Below, piece by piece: positions 36,653 to 46,334 of a stretch of 50,014 nt of DNA. The stretch is from positions 1-50,014 of the forward strand of contig DVOI01000054.1 of assembly GCA_018713665.1 (NCBI GenBank), written 5' to 3'. The position numbers were made by a program, and so were the translations under genes. Source of the DNA: Candidatus Ornithoclostridium faecigallinarum (GTDB taxonomy: Bacteria > Bacillota > Clostridia > Christensenellales > UBA3700). Under the pieces are notes generated by a model. The model ran no database searches and was not told the DNA's origin. It saw only the letters and a program-made list of their open reading frames with translations. The stretch's first letter is position 1; each line of letters opens with the position of its first letter.

Positions 36653-38917
36653 ATGAAACTCTCACGTTCCCGAACGGGGGAAATCGCGCTCTATCTGCTG
36701 TCGATTGTCCCCTTCTTCCTCGCATCCGAAGCCAAGATCTACGACGGCATGACAGGGCTGTCGCTCGGCATATATGTCGCGCTCATCTTTTGCCGCTGCG
36801 ACTACTTTCTCATCTCGCCGATGTACTTTGCCGCAAATGCGCTTGCCGACTCCTCCGTCAAAGGACTGATCTGCTGCGCGGCGCCGATTGTTTTGCTCGG
36901 CGTTGCAAAAGCGCTCCACTATTTCGCCGCGCGTCCGATGGGAATGCTCGCCGCCAACATATATGCGATGATCGGTCAATTGCCCTCATTTTTCTTTTTG
37001 TCCCCAGGCTTCCCTCTGCGGCTTGCAATCGCATCGGTCGCCTCGAATCAATTGCTGTGCTATTGCGCCACCGTAATCGGCTACGCCCTGATTGTGCGCG
37101 GCGTCAAAAACCGCCTCAGTTCGGACGAGACAATCGGCGGCGCAGTCGTCCTCATCGCGTTGAGCATAGGCCTTTACCGCCTCGATGTATTCGGATTCCC
37201 TCCCTTTTTCGCGCTTTTCGGCTGGATTGTCCTTGCGTCGCTCCGCTCTTTCTCCACCCCGGCAGGACTGCTGATTTCATTTTGCATGGGAACGGGCGGA
37301 GCGATTGCCGCGCTCGACTTCGCCGTCTGCGGCGCCGCGGTCGCAATGTACGTCACCGCATGCGCGTTCCGCAAGCTGCCGCGCTTTTTCTCGTTTGCCG
37401 CCGTCATGGTCGCCGACTTTTTGGTCGGAGCTCTGACGGAGGCATATCCCTACACCTTGCTTCACGTCTTGGCGTTGACTGTCGGCGGACTGTGCTTCCT
37501 TCTCTTGCCCAAGAAGGTACGCGCGCACCTCGCGGTCTACACCCCCGAAGACAGGGCGGCGAGCGCAAAGCGAATCCTCGCGCACGGCCGAAGCGAGGTG
37601 TTCGCGCGGCTCAACGGCGTTGCCGGCGTGTTTTACGAAATGGGCAAAAACTTCTCCGTAAGCGGCGACCGCCCGGAGACGCGTTTGCCCGCAAGCGAAC
37701 AGGTCGCCCAAGACGTAATGATGCGCGTCTGCGCGCGCTGTCCTTCGCGCGACAACTGTCAACGCGCACTCGGAGGCGACACGTCGTCGCTGTTCGCCGC
37801 CGCAGCTTCCGCCGCGCTGTCGCAAAGCGGCGCGGCTCCGCAGGATATGCCGCCGTTCGTGCTTTCGCGGTGCGACCGCGTCGACGCCCTTGTCAACGAG
37901 TGCAACGCCGCGGCGGTTCGCTGTCGCAGACGCGAAGAGACGTCGCGAAAACTCGACCTCGCCAGACGCGTAATCGCCGAGCAAATGTACGGCGTGGGAA
38001 ATATAATCAGCGCGGTCGCGGACGACGTCAACGAGGGCGTCGCAATGAATGACAGCGAAGACGAGCTCATCGAAAAATTGGGCTATCGCAACATCGTATG
38101 CACAGAGGCGGTCACCTATGGCAGGAACGGAGATCTGCGCGCGTCGTTGACGGTGCGCCGCTCCGATCGGGACAAGGCGCTTTTGGACAAGACTGTCGAC
38201 GAGGTCTTCTGCCGCAAAATGCAGCGCGACGGCGCACCTCGCCCCGCAGGCGGCGACCGCGTCTCGATAGCGTACCGTCCGCTGCCGCGCTACGGCGCAA
38301 TCTACGGTGAGGCGAGCGCGCGCAAATTCGGCTCGGACGGCAACGGCGACAGCCGCACCGTGCGCAAGCTCGGCGGAGACAAACTCTTCGTCGCCGTCTG
38401 CGACGGCATGGGCAGCGGCAGTCACGCCGCCGAACAGAGTTCCTCGACTCTTGCGATGGTCGAGCACTTTTACAACGCAGGCTTCGGCGACGAAGCCGCT
38501 CTCAACATGATCAACCGCATGCTCATGCTCAAAGAGAGCGACGACTTCGCCGCGCTCGATCTGTGCGTGTTCGACCTCGAGACGGCAATCGCCCACTTTG
38601 TCAAACTTGGCGGAGTGCAAAGTTTCGTCAAACGCGCCGACATCGTCGACGTCATCGAGCCGTCCGCTCTCCCCATCGGCATTGTCGAAGAGGCGCATCC
38701 TTACACCGTCAGCCGCATGCTTTCGCCGACGGATTGCGTCGTCATGGTCTCTGACGGCGTCGCCGACGCGCTCGGCGCGGACGGCATCAAACTCATCTTG
38801 ACGCGCACCGACAACATCTCCCCTCAAGAGCTGTGCGACAAACTGCTTGCGCTCGCGACCGAACACGGCGCAAAAGACGATTCCACCGTCGTCGCGGTGC
38901 GCCTTTTCGCCGCATAA
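36653..38917 (+). CDS. spoIIE: Stage II sporulation protein E (membrane PP2C phosphatase)
   Basis: Hydrophobic N-terminal domain, CxxC-x5-C central motif, CDGMGSG, ALDL, SDG, KDDST. Confidence 0.88.
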   Translation: MKLSRSRTGEIALYLLSIVPFFLASEAKIYDGMTGLSLGIYVALIFCRCDYFLISPMYFAANALADSSVKGLICCAAPIVLLGVAKALHYFAARPMGMLAANIYAMIGQLPSFFFLSPGFPLRLAIASVASNQLLCYCATVIGYALIVRGVKNRLSSDETIGGAVVLIALSIGLYRLDVFGFPPFFALFGWIVLASLRSFSTPAGLLISFCMGTGGAIAALDFAVCGAAVAMYVTACAFRKLPRFFSFAAVMVADFLVGALTEAYPYTLLHVLALTVGGLCFLLLPKKVRAHLAVYTPEDRAASAKRILAHGRSEVFARLNGVAGVFYEMGKNFSVSGDRPETRLPASEQVAQDVMMRVCARCPSRDNCQRALGGDTSSLFAAAASAALSQSGAAPQDMPPFVLSRCDRVDALVNECNAAAVRCRRREETSRKLDLARRVIAEQMYGVGNIISAVADDVNEGVAMNDSEDELIEKLGYRNIVCTEAVTYGRNGDLRASLTVRRSDRDKALLDKTVDEVFCRKMQRDGAPRPAGGDRVSIAYRPLPRYGAIYGEASARKFGSDGNGDSRTVRKLGGDKLFVAVCDGMGSGSHAAEQSSSTLAMVEHFYNAGFGDEAALNMINRMLMLKESDDFAALDLCVFDLETAIAHFVKLGGVQSFVKRADIVDVIEPSALPIGIVEEAHPYTVSRMLSPTDCVVMVSDGVADALGADGIKLILTRTDNISPQELCDKLLALATEHGAKDDSTVVAVRLFAA

Positions 38918-38938
38918 AAAAACCGCCCGAAGGCGGTA
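38916..38938 (-). terminator. Intrinsic terminator between convergent spoIIE and DUF1893
   Basis: ACCGCC-TTCG-GGCGGT followed by a T run on the minus strand. Confidence 0.75.
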
Positions 38939-38950
38939 TGCCCTAAAGGG

Positions 38951-39382
38951 CTATCTCTTGCTCAAATCGCTCAACTTTCGCCTGATTGCGCGCTCCGCTT
39001 CGAGCGGATTGTCAATGCCTTCCACCGCCTCTTCCATCGGGCACATCCCGGTGCCGAGACGGTTGATTATCCTCTCCGTTTCGACCTCACATTCGGCGAC
39101 GATGCCATGCTCTTCAAGCGTCCGTTTGCCTCCGCTCGACATCACCTGCGCCCATACGCACGCCGCGCCGAGGCGGATATAGAGCATCGCCGCCGCCCTG
39201 CCGACAATCTTGTCGGCGAACGAAAATCCGCAAAAATCGCCCCCGTCGTTCAACCATTGCACAAGCGGCTTTATTCCCCTCTCGCAAGAGGTCAAAAGCC
39301 TCTCTCCGTCGCTCGCCGCGACGGTGTAACCGTCGCGGACGAGCCGTTTCAGATCTTGGATGTCATAGCGCATTATCGACAC
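38951..39382 (-). CDS. DUF1893 domain protein
   Basis: RGIKPL, ADKIVGRAAA, INR.GTGMCPME; start uncertain (39382 or 39373). Confidence 0.85.
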   Translation of the reverse strand: MSIMRYDIQDLKRLVRDGYTVAASDGERLLTSCERGIKPLVQWLNDGGDFCGFSFADKIVGRAAAMLYIRLGAACVWAQVMSSGGKRTLEEHGIVAECEVETERIINRLGTGMCPMEEAVEGIDNPLEAERAIRRKLSDLSKR

Positions 39383-39406
39383 GGGCTCCGAAAATCATGC
39401 TTTTTC

Positions 39407-39997
39407 TCACACGCTCTTTTTGCTGTCCGACAGCAACGCCGCACGCAGTGCGATCACGATCGCCGGCACTGCGACCGCCTGCAAAACCATGCCGAGCAGA
39501 CCGCTTTGAATTTGGCTCCATACAGTCGCCGCGTCGAGCGAAGAGACGCCTTGGAAGATTGACGCGAGTGCAAGAAATACCGCTCTGCCGGCGACTTCGG
39601 CAAGCAATACCGCCGGAAACGCCGCCCAAGCGTTGCGGACAATGAGCTTTGAGAACGCACCGCTCACCGCCGCGAACACCGCGAGTTCGGCAATCATATA
39701 CGGCAGTCTCGCCGCCGCAGGCATCGCGTTGCCGAGCGCGGAAGTGATTGCAAAGCTCACAATCGGCGCGGCTATTCCGGCTCCGAGCCCCCACTTGAAG
39801 CCGAGCAGGCATCCGCCCAACAATATCGGCGCGTACATCGGCAGCCACCGCACGCCGCCCGACGCACCGGCTGTGAGGTGTACTATCTGCGGAAGCGCGA
39901 CCGCGAGCGCAATCACAAACGCCGCGACCGCCGCCTTGACGGTCAGTCTCACTCCCGTCTTTGCTCTCTTTCTTTCCAATACGGTTTCAATCAACAT
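39407..39997 (-). CDS. ECF transporter S component
   Basis: LPQIVH...WLPMY.P.LLGG, MP, MIAEL; about 6 TM segments. Confidence 0.8.
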   Translation of the reverse strand: MLIETVLERKRAKTGVRLTVKAAVAAFVIALAVALPQIVHLTAGASGGVRWLPMYAPILLGGCLLGFKWGLGAGIAAPIVSFAITSALGNAMPAAARLPYMIAELAVFAAVSGAFSKLIVRNAWAAFPAVLLAEVAGRAVFLALASIFQGVSSLDAATVWSQIQSGLLGMVLQAVAVPAIVIALRAALLSDSKKSV

Positions 39998-40009
39998 ATA
40001 TGTACTCCT

Positions 40010-41149
40010 TTATGCTTTCAGTCTTGCCGAGAAGTCTTTCATCATCTCGGATATCTTGATGCCCTGCGGACACACTCTCTCGCAGCTGCGGCAACCTATG
40101 CACGCGCTCGGCCACTTGTCTTTGGACATCGCCCCGAGCGCCATCGGCGCGATAAAGCCGTCGTCGCCGGTGAAGCGGTGCTCGTTGTACAGCTTGATCA
40201 ACTCGGGAATGTCGAGGTGTTTGGGACAATGGCTCGTGCAATAGCGGCACGCGGTGCACGGCAGCGACGAGGTCGCAATCATCTCGTCCGCTATCTTTTG
40301 CAGCGCGGCGAGCTCTTTTGCGTCAAGCGGCTTGTCCTCGGCAAACGTCGCGACGTTGCCCTTGACCTGTTCGAGATCGGACATGCCCGACAAGATCATC
40401 GTCACATCGGGGATGGTCTGCAGGTAGCGGAACGCCCACGCCGCGATCGTCTCATCCGGGCGCAGAGCGCGCAGTGCCGCCTCGTCCCTTTCGTCCAAGT
40501 GCACAAGCCTGCCGCCTCTGAGCGGCTCCATCACCCAAATCGGGATGTTCCGTTTGCGGATGAGCTCAACCTTTGCCTTGGCGTCCTGGAAGGTCCAATC
40601 CAGCCAATTGATCTGCAATTGGCAGAACTCCATGTCCTCGCCGAACCTCTCCAAAAAGCGCTCGATCACGTCAATGCTGCCATGCGCCGAAAAGCCGAGA
40701 TGCTTGATGCGCCCCTTGTCGCGCTGCGCGGTCAGATAGGCGTGAGTGTGATACTTTTCCTCGTTGAGATAGGCGTCGATATTGAGTTCGCAGACGTTGT
40801 GGAAGAGATAGAAGTCAAAGTAGTCGGTGCGGCACTTTTTGAGCTGTTTTTCAAAGATCTCCTCCGCCTTGCCCATGTTGGACAGGTCGTAACCGGGAAA
40901 CTTGCTCGCCAGATAAAAGCTGTCGCGCGGATAGGCGCTCAGCAATTTGCCGACGACGTTTTCGGACTCGCCGTCGTGGTAGCCCCACGCGGTGTCGAAG
41001 TAGTTGACGCCGTGCGCGATTGCGTAGTCGAACATCTCCTTTGCCGCCGCCTCGTCGATGTCGGCGTAATTCCCGCCTTTGATCGGAAGCCTCATCGTCC
41101 CGAAGCCGAGTGCGGACAGCTTTTTGCCTTGGAAGTCTCTGTATATCAT
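40010..41149 (-). CDS. Aldo/keto reductase with C-terminal 4Fe-4S dicluster
   Basis: LGFGTMRLP, YFDTAWGY, GFSAH, MEPLRGG, CTACRYC..CP, CIGCRSCERVCPQ. Confidence 0.9.
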   Translation of the reverse strand: MIYRDFQGKKLSALGFGTMRLPIKGGNYADIDEAAAKEMFDYAIAHGVNYFDTAWGYHDGESENVVGKLLSAYPRDSFYLASKFPGYDLSNMGKAEEIFEKQLKKCRTDYFDFYLFHNVCELNIDAYLNEEKYHTHAYLTAQRDKGRIKHLGFSAHGSIDVIERFLERFGEDMEFCQLQINWLDWTFQDAKAKVELIRKRNIPIWVMEPLRGGRLVHLDERDEAALRALRPDETIAAWAFRYLQTIPDVTMILSGMSDLEQVKGNVATFAEDKPLDAKELAALQKIADEMIATSSLPCTACRYCTSHCPKHLDIPELIKLYNEHRFTGDDGFIAPMALGAMSKDKWPSACIGCRSCERVCPQGIKISEMMKDFSARLKA

Positions 41150-41184
41150 ATTTCCTCCTCGGCGCATACGCGCCCTGTACTTTT

Positions 41185-41213
41185 ATTATAAATGCACGGG
41201 CGCGCGCTGTCAA
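41185..41213 (-). promoter_or_regulatory. Consensus sigma-A promoter
   Basis: TTGACA-17bp-TATAAT. Confidence 0.85.
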
Positions 41214-41267
41214 ATACCTCTTTTTTATCTCATATCATTGCCGAAAACTATGATGAAGCCCCCTTCA

Positions 41268-41295
41268 TAAAGAAAGCCCGCCCTTTCGGGCGGGT
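41268..41295 (-). terminator. Intrinsic terminator after ypeB
   Basis: CCCGCCC-GAAA-GGGCGGG-CTTTCTTT. Confidence 0.75.
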
Positions 41296-41299
41296 CGAT

Positions 41300-42652
41300 T
41301 CACATCAACAGTTCGCCGTCGTCGCCGTCGATGACCTGCATCACCTCCAGCTCATGACCCGTCTCGGCGTCGACAAAGACAAAGTATTTGTCCCCGTCGC
41401 ACTCGCCGTACACCTCGTAACACAACTTCTCCTCGCCGCCTCCCGTCGGAATCACCGCAAGGCGGACGCTCTCAATCGTAAAGTCGTCGCGGTAGGCGGC
41501 GCGCACCTCCTCTTCGGTCAATTCTACCGCATAGTCGACCTCGTCTTCGCGGTTGTGGTTGTAGATATATTGCAGCGCCTCGAAGCCTATCACCTTGCCC
41601 GTCTGCAACGACACCTTGACCTTGACCATGTCGGGATAGAAGACTATCCCATCGCGCTCGTAGCACAGATTGACGAAAAGTTCGCTGTCGGACACCGTGC
41701 TCCACACCGCGGTCATGCCGTCGTAGCCGTGGTCGCGGCAATATATCTTCGCGACCTCGACGCCCTCGTCTTTTGAGAAGGTCGGCATCACCATCTCTTC
41801 ATAGATGTCGAACATCACGAGATGTCCGCCCGTCTTGCTGAGCTGCACGGTGCCCGACTTGCCGTCCGCAGTCACAAAGGAGAACATATAGCTGTCGAAA
41901 TAGCCGTTCGCCTCGGCGGTGAATTCCACACTCGTCACCTCGTATTCGCTCAAATACTCCTCCGCCTTTTGCGCCGCCTGCTCGCGCGTCAGCTCTTCGC
42001 CCTTCAACGCGTGCGGCTCGGGGTCGTCCAAGCCGTCGCTGAACGGTCCGTCATAAATCAGCGACGGATATTGCACCGCACTGTCCTCGACGCCGTCGAC
42101 TATGTCGCGGAAAGGGTCATCATCGCCGATTGCCTCGACAAAGTAGTAGCCGTCCTCGCGCATACCGTCGCCCATCGCGGCGAGGCGTCTGCCCAGCTCG
42201 AGCGCCGCTTCGTGAAGCTCGTCCAGCGACTCGCGGTCTTTGTCCGTCAACGGCTGTTCGTAATCTATCTTCTTGACGATGTATTTTGCAAAGTCCTGCA
42301 ATTGATTGCAAAACTTGATTGTCGGTTCGAGTTGATATTCGTCCCTGACCAGCGCGCTCAAACTCTGCCCGGCAAGCTCGGCGTTGATTGCGGTGTCCAG
42401 CATGAGTTCCGTCTGCATCGCGCCCGTCGACGCGACCTTCATCTTGGACAGATCGGTCTCGATGTCAAGCATGCTGTCAAGCAACTTGAAGTACGCCGCG
42501 CGATAGTTGTTCTCGGCGTCGGTACGCGCGTCCCCCGCCCTCGACACATATACTCCGAGCAAAACCGCAAGTACGACCGCCGCCGCCAAAAACAACGCGC
42601 ACACCGCGACGGCTATTTTATATTTTTTCCTGCCTGTGTTTGTATTCTCCAT
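41300..42652 (-). CDS. ypeB: Germination protein YpeB (PepSY domains)
   Basis: N-terminal TM, YPSLIYDGPFSD, YPDMVKVKV, LCYE, VDAETG.E; downstream of sleB. Confidence 0.9.
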   Translation of the reverse strand: MENTNTGRKKYKIAVAVCALFLAAAVVLAVLLGVYVSRAGDARTDAENNYRAAYFKLLDSMLDIETDLSKMKVASTGAMQTELMLDTAINAELAGQSLSALVRDEYQLEPTIKFCNQLQDFAKYIVKKIDYEQPLTDKDRESLDELHEAALELGRRLAAMGDGMREDGYYFVEAIGDDDPFRDIVDGVEDSAVQYPSLIYDGPFSDGLDDPEPHALKGEELTREQAAQKAEEYLSEYEVTSVEFTAEANGYFDSYMFSFVTADGKSGTVQLSKTGGHLVMFDIYEEMVMPTFSKDEGVEVAKIYCRDHGYDGMTAVWSTVSDSELFVNLCYERDGIVFYPDMVKVKVSLQTGKVIGFEALQYIYNHNREDEVDYAVELTEEEVRAAYRDDFTIESVRLAVIPTGGGEEKLCYEVYGECDGDKYFVFVDAETGHELEVMQVIDGDDGELLM

Positions 42653-42659
42653 TTTTACC

Positions 42660-43367
42660 TCACTTGGCAAAGTTGTGATTCCCGATTGAAAGCATGACAG
42701 GGCGCGACCATATCCATGCGCTCGTCGCGGTCGCCGGGTTGTAGTAGTACAGACAGCCGTTGGTCGGGTCCCAGCCGTTCATCGCGTCGCGCGCCGCCTT
42801 GTAGGCGGTGTCGTTCGGCTCCAAATTTATCTGCCCGTCCGCGACCGCGGTGAACGCGTACGGCTGATAGATCACCCCGGCAATCGTGTTGGGAAAACTG
42901 CTGCTCTTGACGCGGTTGAGCACGACCGCACCGATTGCGACTTGCCCGATATACGGCTCTCCCCTCGCCTCGGCGTAGATGCACTTGGCGAGAAGATAGA
43001 CGTCGGACGACGAGTAAGAACTGTTGCCGCCCGAGCCGCTCGACAGACTCATCCCAAGCGCAGCCGCCGTCTTTGCGCCGACTATGCCGTCGACGGCAAG
43101 CCCGTTGCGCTGTTGAAAGCGCTTGACCGCCGCAAGCGTGTTCGAGCCGAATATTCCGTCCACCGCGCCTGCGTCATAACCCCAATTGTTGAGCTTTGTC
43201 TGCAATGTGCGCACCTGCGCGCCGCTCGACCCGACTTTGAGCACCGCGGCGCTCTGTTCTTCGCCGCCGGCAATCGGCACATACAGCGCAACCGCGGCGA
43301 CCAGCACCGCCAATACCGAGACCGCGCAGACAATCCTTGCGACCAAGACCTTTTTTGTTTCGTCCAT
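42660..43367 (-). CDS. sleB: Spore cortex-lytic enzyme SleB
   Basis: PG-binding domain (VDGIFG) plus Hydrolase_2 (EARGEPY.GQVA, GWDPTNG..YYYNP). Confidence 0.93.
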   Translation of the reverse strand: MDETKKVLVARIVCAVSVLAVLVAAVALYVPIAGGEEQSAAVLKVGSSGAQVRTLQTKLNNWGYDAGAVDGIFGSNTLAAVKRFQQRNGLAVDGIVGAKTAAALGMSLSSGSGGNSSYSSSDVYLLAKCIYAEARGEPYIGQVAIGAVVLNRVKSSSFPNTIAGVIYQPYAFTAVADGQINLEPNDTAYKAARDAMNGWDPTNGCLYYYNPATATSAWIWSRPVMLSIGNHNFAK

Positions 43368-43368
43368 T

Positions 43369-43722
43369 TCACTCTCCCAAAAGGCGGTCAAGCCCGAACA
43401 CCGCACCGCCGGGGCGCGACTCGACCGCAAGCCTTGCCGACCCGTCCACCGTCACGGTGACGACGTCGCCGTCAATCTTTACGGTCACTCTTCCGCCGCG
43501 CCCCTCGCGCCGCAACGCGTCCTCGCATGCCGCCGCTATGTATTCTTCGCTGCCCTCGACGCAGTCGAGCGGCTCGATGACATAAGCCGCCGCGTCCAAC
43601 ACGCCGAACGGATCGCCGTCGGTGTAGACTTTCAGCGTGACCGCATCCGACTCCCCGAAGACGTTGACGAGCACAAACGCCGCAATGAGCGCTACAACCA
43701 CGATAACGACGACCTTTTTCAC
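43369..43722 (-). CDS. Small membrane-anchored hypothetical protein co-oriented with sleB
   Basis: GTG start, KKVVVIVVVALIAAFVLV N-terminal anchor; stop 1 nt before the sleB ATG. Confidence 0.65.
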   Translation of the reverse strand: MKKVVVIVVVALIAAFVLVNVFGESDAVTLKVYTDGDPFGVLDAAAYVIEPLDCVEGSEEYIAAACEDALRREGRGGRVTVKIDGDVVTVTVDGSARLAVESRPGGAVFGLDRLLGE

Positions 43723-43729
43723 ATCGGCG

Positions 43730-43758
43730 ATTATTGCCTGCGGCGCGGCGGGATATAC
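43730..43758 (-). promoter_or_regulatory. Forespore sigma-F/G-type promoter
   Basis: GTATA-15bp-GGCAATAAT matches GYATA-N15-GGnnAnAHT. Confidence 0.6.
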
Positions 43759-43965
43759 CTCGGCGCGCTCACCGCGATATCCGCGCACTTTCGGCAGCAG
43801 TCAAAGCGCAAAAAAACGGCGCAAACTCTTGACAGAATCGGGCGCGCCGCCGCAAACGAAAAAGCGAAAAACCGCTCTTTGAAAAAAATTTTCAAAAAAT
43901 GCGTCCGTCTCTCTTGACAAAACCGCACAAAAAAACGCGCCTTGCGGCGCGCAAATTCGCAGGCC

Positions 43966-44784
43966 TCAAAGATATTCTATAGCTCGCGGCACCGTCTTTA
44001 CGACCGCGCGATAATTCGCGTCGCAAAAGCCGCGCTCCAACGTCCGCCGCGCGTTGTCGGCGTCTGCTACGATCGAGCAGACCGCGCTGCCGCTGCCCGT
44101 CATCACCGCCTCGCCGAACGCGCCTGCCATCCTCTCTTTGAGCCGCGCTATTTCGGGACACAGCGCGACAGCCGGCGCTTCGAGCACATTGTAGCGTGCG
44201 GTCTCCCCTCTCAAAACGCCGTCTATCCCCGCGCCTTGCCGCCCGATCTCGTCATATTTGCGGTAGACCTCTGCTGTCGAACCGCCCCTGTCCCGACGGG
44301 CGATAACGATGTCAAGCTCGCTTTGTCTCAACGGCTCGATCAGCTCTCCCCTGCCGCGCACGCGCGCCATCCCGCCGTGCATCATATACACGACGTCGCT
44401 GCCTATCGAGCGCGCCGCCTCTTCGGCTTGGGCAAACGTGATCAGCCCGGCGTCCGCCGCATAGCGCAGCACCGCGCTCGCGTCCGCGGACGATCCCCCA
44501 AGACCCGCGCCGAACGGTATGCCCTTGACGATGTCGACCGCAAGCGATACGCCCGACAGCCTCTCGACCGCCGAAGCGGCGCGGTAGGCGGTATTCTCGC
44601 CGCCGCAAGGCTTGCCGTCCATCGTCACCGCGACTTTTGCGGCGCGCGAAACGGCGAGCGTATCGAATACGCCCACCGTACAATTGATCATGTCGAGCAG
44701 ATGATAGCCCTCGCCGTCCGTGCCCGTGATGTCGAGCGCGAGATTGAGCTTGGCGTACGCTCTCAATTCGGTCGTCTTGTCCAC
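43966..44784 (-). CDS. ispE: 4-diphosphocytidyl-2-C-methyl-D-erythritol kinase
   Basis: AYAKLNLAL, GYH, KGIPFGAGLGGSSADA, GSDV, MTGSGS. Confidence 0.95.
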   Translation of the reverse strand: MDKTTELRAYAKLNLALDITGTDGEGYHLLDMINCTVGVFDTLAVSRAAKVAVTMDGKPCGGENTAYRAASAVERLSGVSLAVDIVKGIPFGAGLGGSSADASAVLRYAADAGLITFAQAEEAARSIGSDVVYMMHGGMARVRGRGELIEPLRQSELDIVIARRDRGGSTAEVYRKYDEIGRQGAGIDGVLRGETARYNVLEAPAVALCPEIARLKERMAGAFGEAVMTGSGSAVCSIVADADNARRTLERGFCDANYRAVVKTVPRAIEYL

Positions 44785-44796
44785 GACCTTATTATA

Positions 44797-46278
44797 TCAC
44801 ATCGCGAGCATTCTGTAAACCACGATCTTTTCGCCGCCCTCGGCGGGGAACTCCACGGACGGATTGAAACTTTCGACCTCTTCCGCCCTCACGCAGAGCC
44901 GCTTGGCAAGATCCCACGCCGTCTCGCCCTTTTTCGCCGACACAACGACGATCGCCTCTCCGTCGTCTTCGAGCTTTTCGCCGACCGTCGCCTCGGTGAC
45001 GACCGTCGCGCGACAGGTGCGCGTCGCGAGCGCAGAAAACGCCAGCGTCGCCCCGACTTCGATCTCGCGCCCGCGCTTGACCTTGGCGAACAGGTCGCAG
45101 CATCCCGCGCTCACGAACGCAGAGTCGCCCTCTTTGACGTCTCGCGCTTCGTGGTCGAGCGCATAGGGCAGCTCCACCTTGACCGACGACTTGCCGCCGT
45201 CCTCCGTCTCGTATACGACGCAGGCGGTCACGACACCTTCGGTGACGATAGAGCCGTCCTTCGTCGTGACCGAAGTCAGGTCGCACTCGGCGACCCGAGC
45301 ACATACGACGCGCGCCGCGTCCGCCTCTCCGTCGGCTACGGACACGCTGCCCGAGATGCGTTCGCGGTATGCACCCGTGTCGACAATTTCGTCGAAAGAC
45401 AGACACGGGCACGAAAATTCGAGTTTGTGACACGGCGAGTAGACATCGCAGATCACCTCTTCGTCAAACTGCCTCAACACAAAGCCCGACACCGTCGCCT
45501 TCGCGGTGAGCGTGAGCGTTGCGTCGTCCGCCTTGCCGCCCACGTTGAGCGCGCTCTCCTTCATCGAGACGACCGCCAAAGCGCAGCAGTTTTCGGGCGC
45601 GTCGATCGACTTTGCAAAAGGCATCGAGAAGGCCTTGCGGCACATCTCTCCGTCCGAAAGATAGATGACGTCGGCGCAGATCTCGCCGTCTATCGACAGC
45701 CCCGTCTCGGTAGCGGTCTGTTTGCAGATCACGGCGGCAGTCGTAAAGCCGAGCACCTTTTCCACGCCGCTGCCGACCGAATATTTTTCCTCTGTCTCGA
45801 CCTCTGCGTCTATGTCGGCGACGGTCTCGATGAGCGAAAGCGTGCGCCTCTTTTCGCACGTTCCGTCCTCGCCGTCGAACACGTCGAGGCTTTGCGTCTC
45901 GACCGCCGTCGGCGACAATTGCACGACTATCCTCACCGCGACCGAGTTGCCGCGCAGCTCGGTCTCAGTGTCCGCGATCGTCGCGTCGACAAGCGCCTTT
46001 GCGCCGTCGCCCACACCCTCGTCGGACAGCAGCTTTGAAAAGTCGGTGACGTGATCCGCCGAATCGACGCCCTCTTCCGTCTCGTATATCACGTTGACGC
46101 CGATCTTGCCCGACACCGCAATCTGTCCGGCGGTGATCGCGGCGCGTATGTCGCCGACGTCCGCGCTCACGCACAGCAGCGACTTGATCTCGCTGTCGGC
46201 GCTCACATTGCACTCCACTACGAATTGTCCCGCCCCGAGTTTTCGGATGCGGTCGAATTGGATTTGTTTGGTTTGCAT
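44797..46278 (-). CDS. sipL: SPOCS (DUF3794) repeat spore coat morphogenetic protein with degenerate C-terminal LysM (SipL-like)
   Basis: Three repeated beta-rich units (G...V.Y), C-terminal KKGETAWDLAKR; synteny with ispE. Confidence 0.8.
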   Translation of the reverse strand: MQTKQIQFDRIRKLGAGQFVVECNVSADSEIKSLLCVSADVGDIRAAITAGQIAVSGKIGVNVIYETEEGVDSADHVTDFSKLLSDEGVGDGAKALVDATIADTETELRGNSVAVRIVVQLSPTAVETQSLDVFDGEDGTCEKRRTLSLIETVADIDAEVETEEKYSVGSGVEKVLGFTTAAVICKQTATETGLSIDGEICADVIYLSDGEMCRKAFSMPFAKSIDAPENCCALAVVSMKESALNVGGKADDATLTLTAKATVSGFVLRQFDEEVICDVYSPCHKLEFSCPCLSFDEIVDTGAYRERISGSVSVADGEADAARVVCARVAECDLTSVTTKDGSIVTEGVVTACVVYETEDGGKSSVKVELPYALDHEARDVKEGDSAFVSAGCCDLFAKVKRGREIEVGATLAFSALATRTCRATVVTEATVGEKLEDDGEAIVVVSAKKGETAWDLAKRLCVRAEEVESFNPSVEFPAEGGEKIVVYRMLAM

Positions 46279-46306
46279 AGTCCACCCTCGCAAGTTTTCT
46301 ACCTCA

Positions 46307-46334
46307 AATATATGCGCTCTTTGGCGGGATATGC
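46307..46334 (-). promoter_or_regulatory. Mother-cell sigma-E-type promoter
   Basis: GCATAT-14bp-CATATATT upstream of sipL. Confidence 0.55.
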
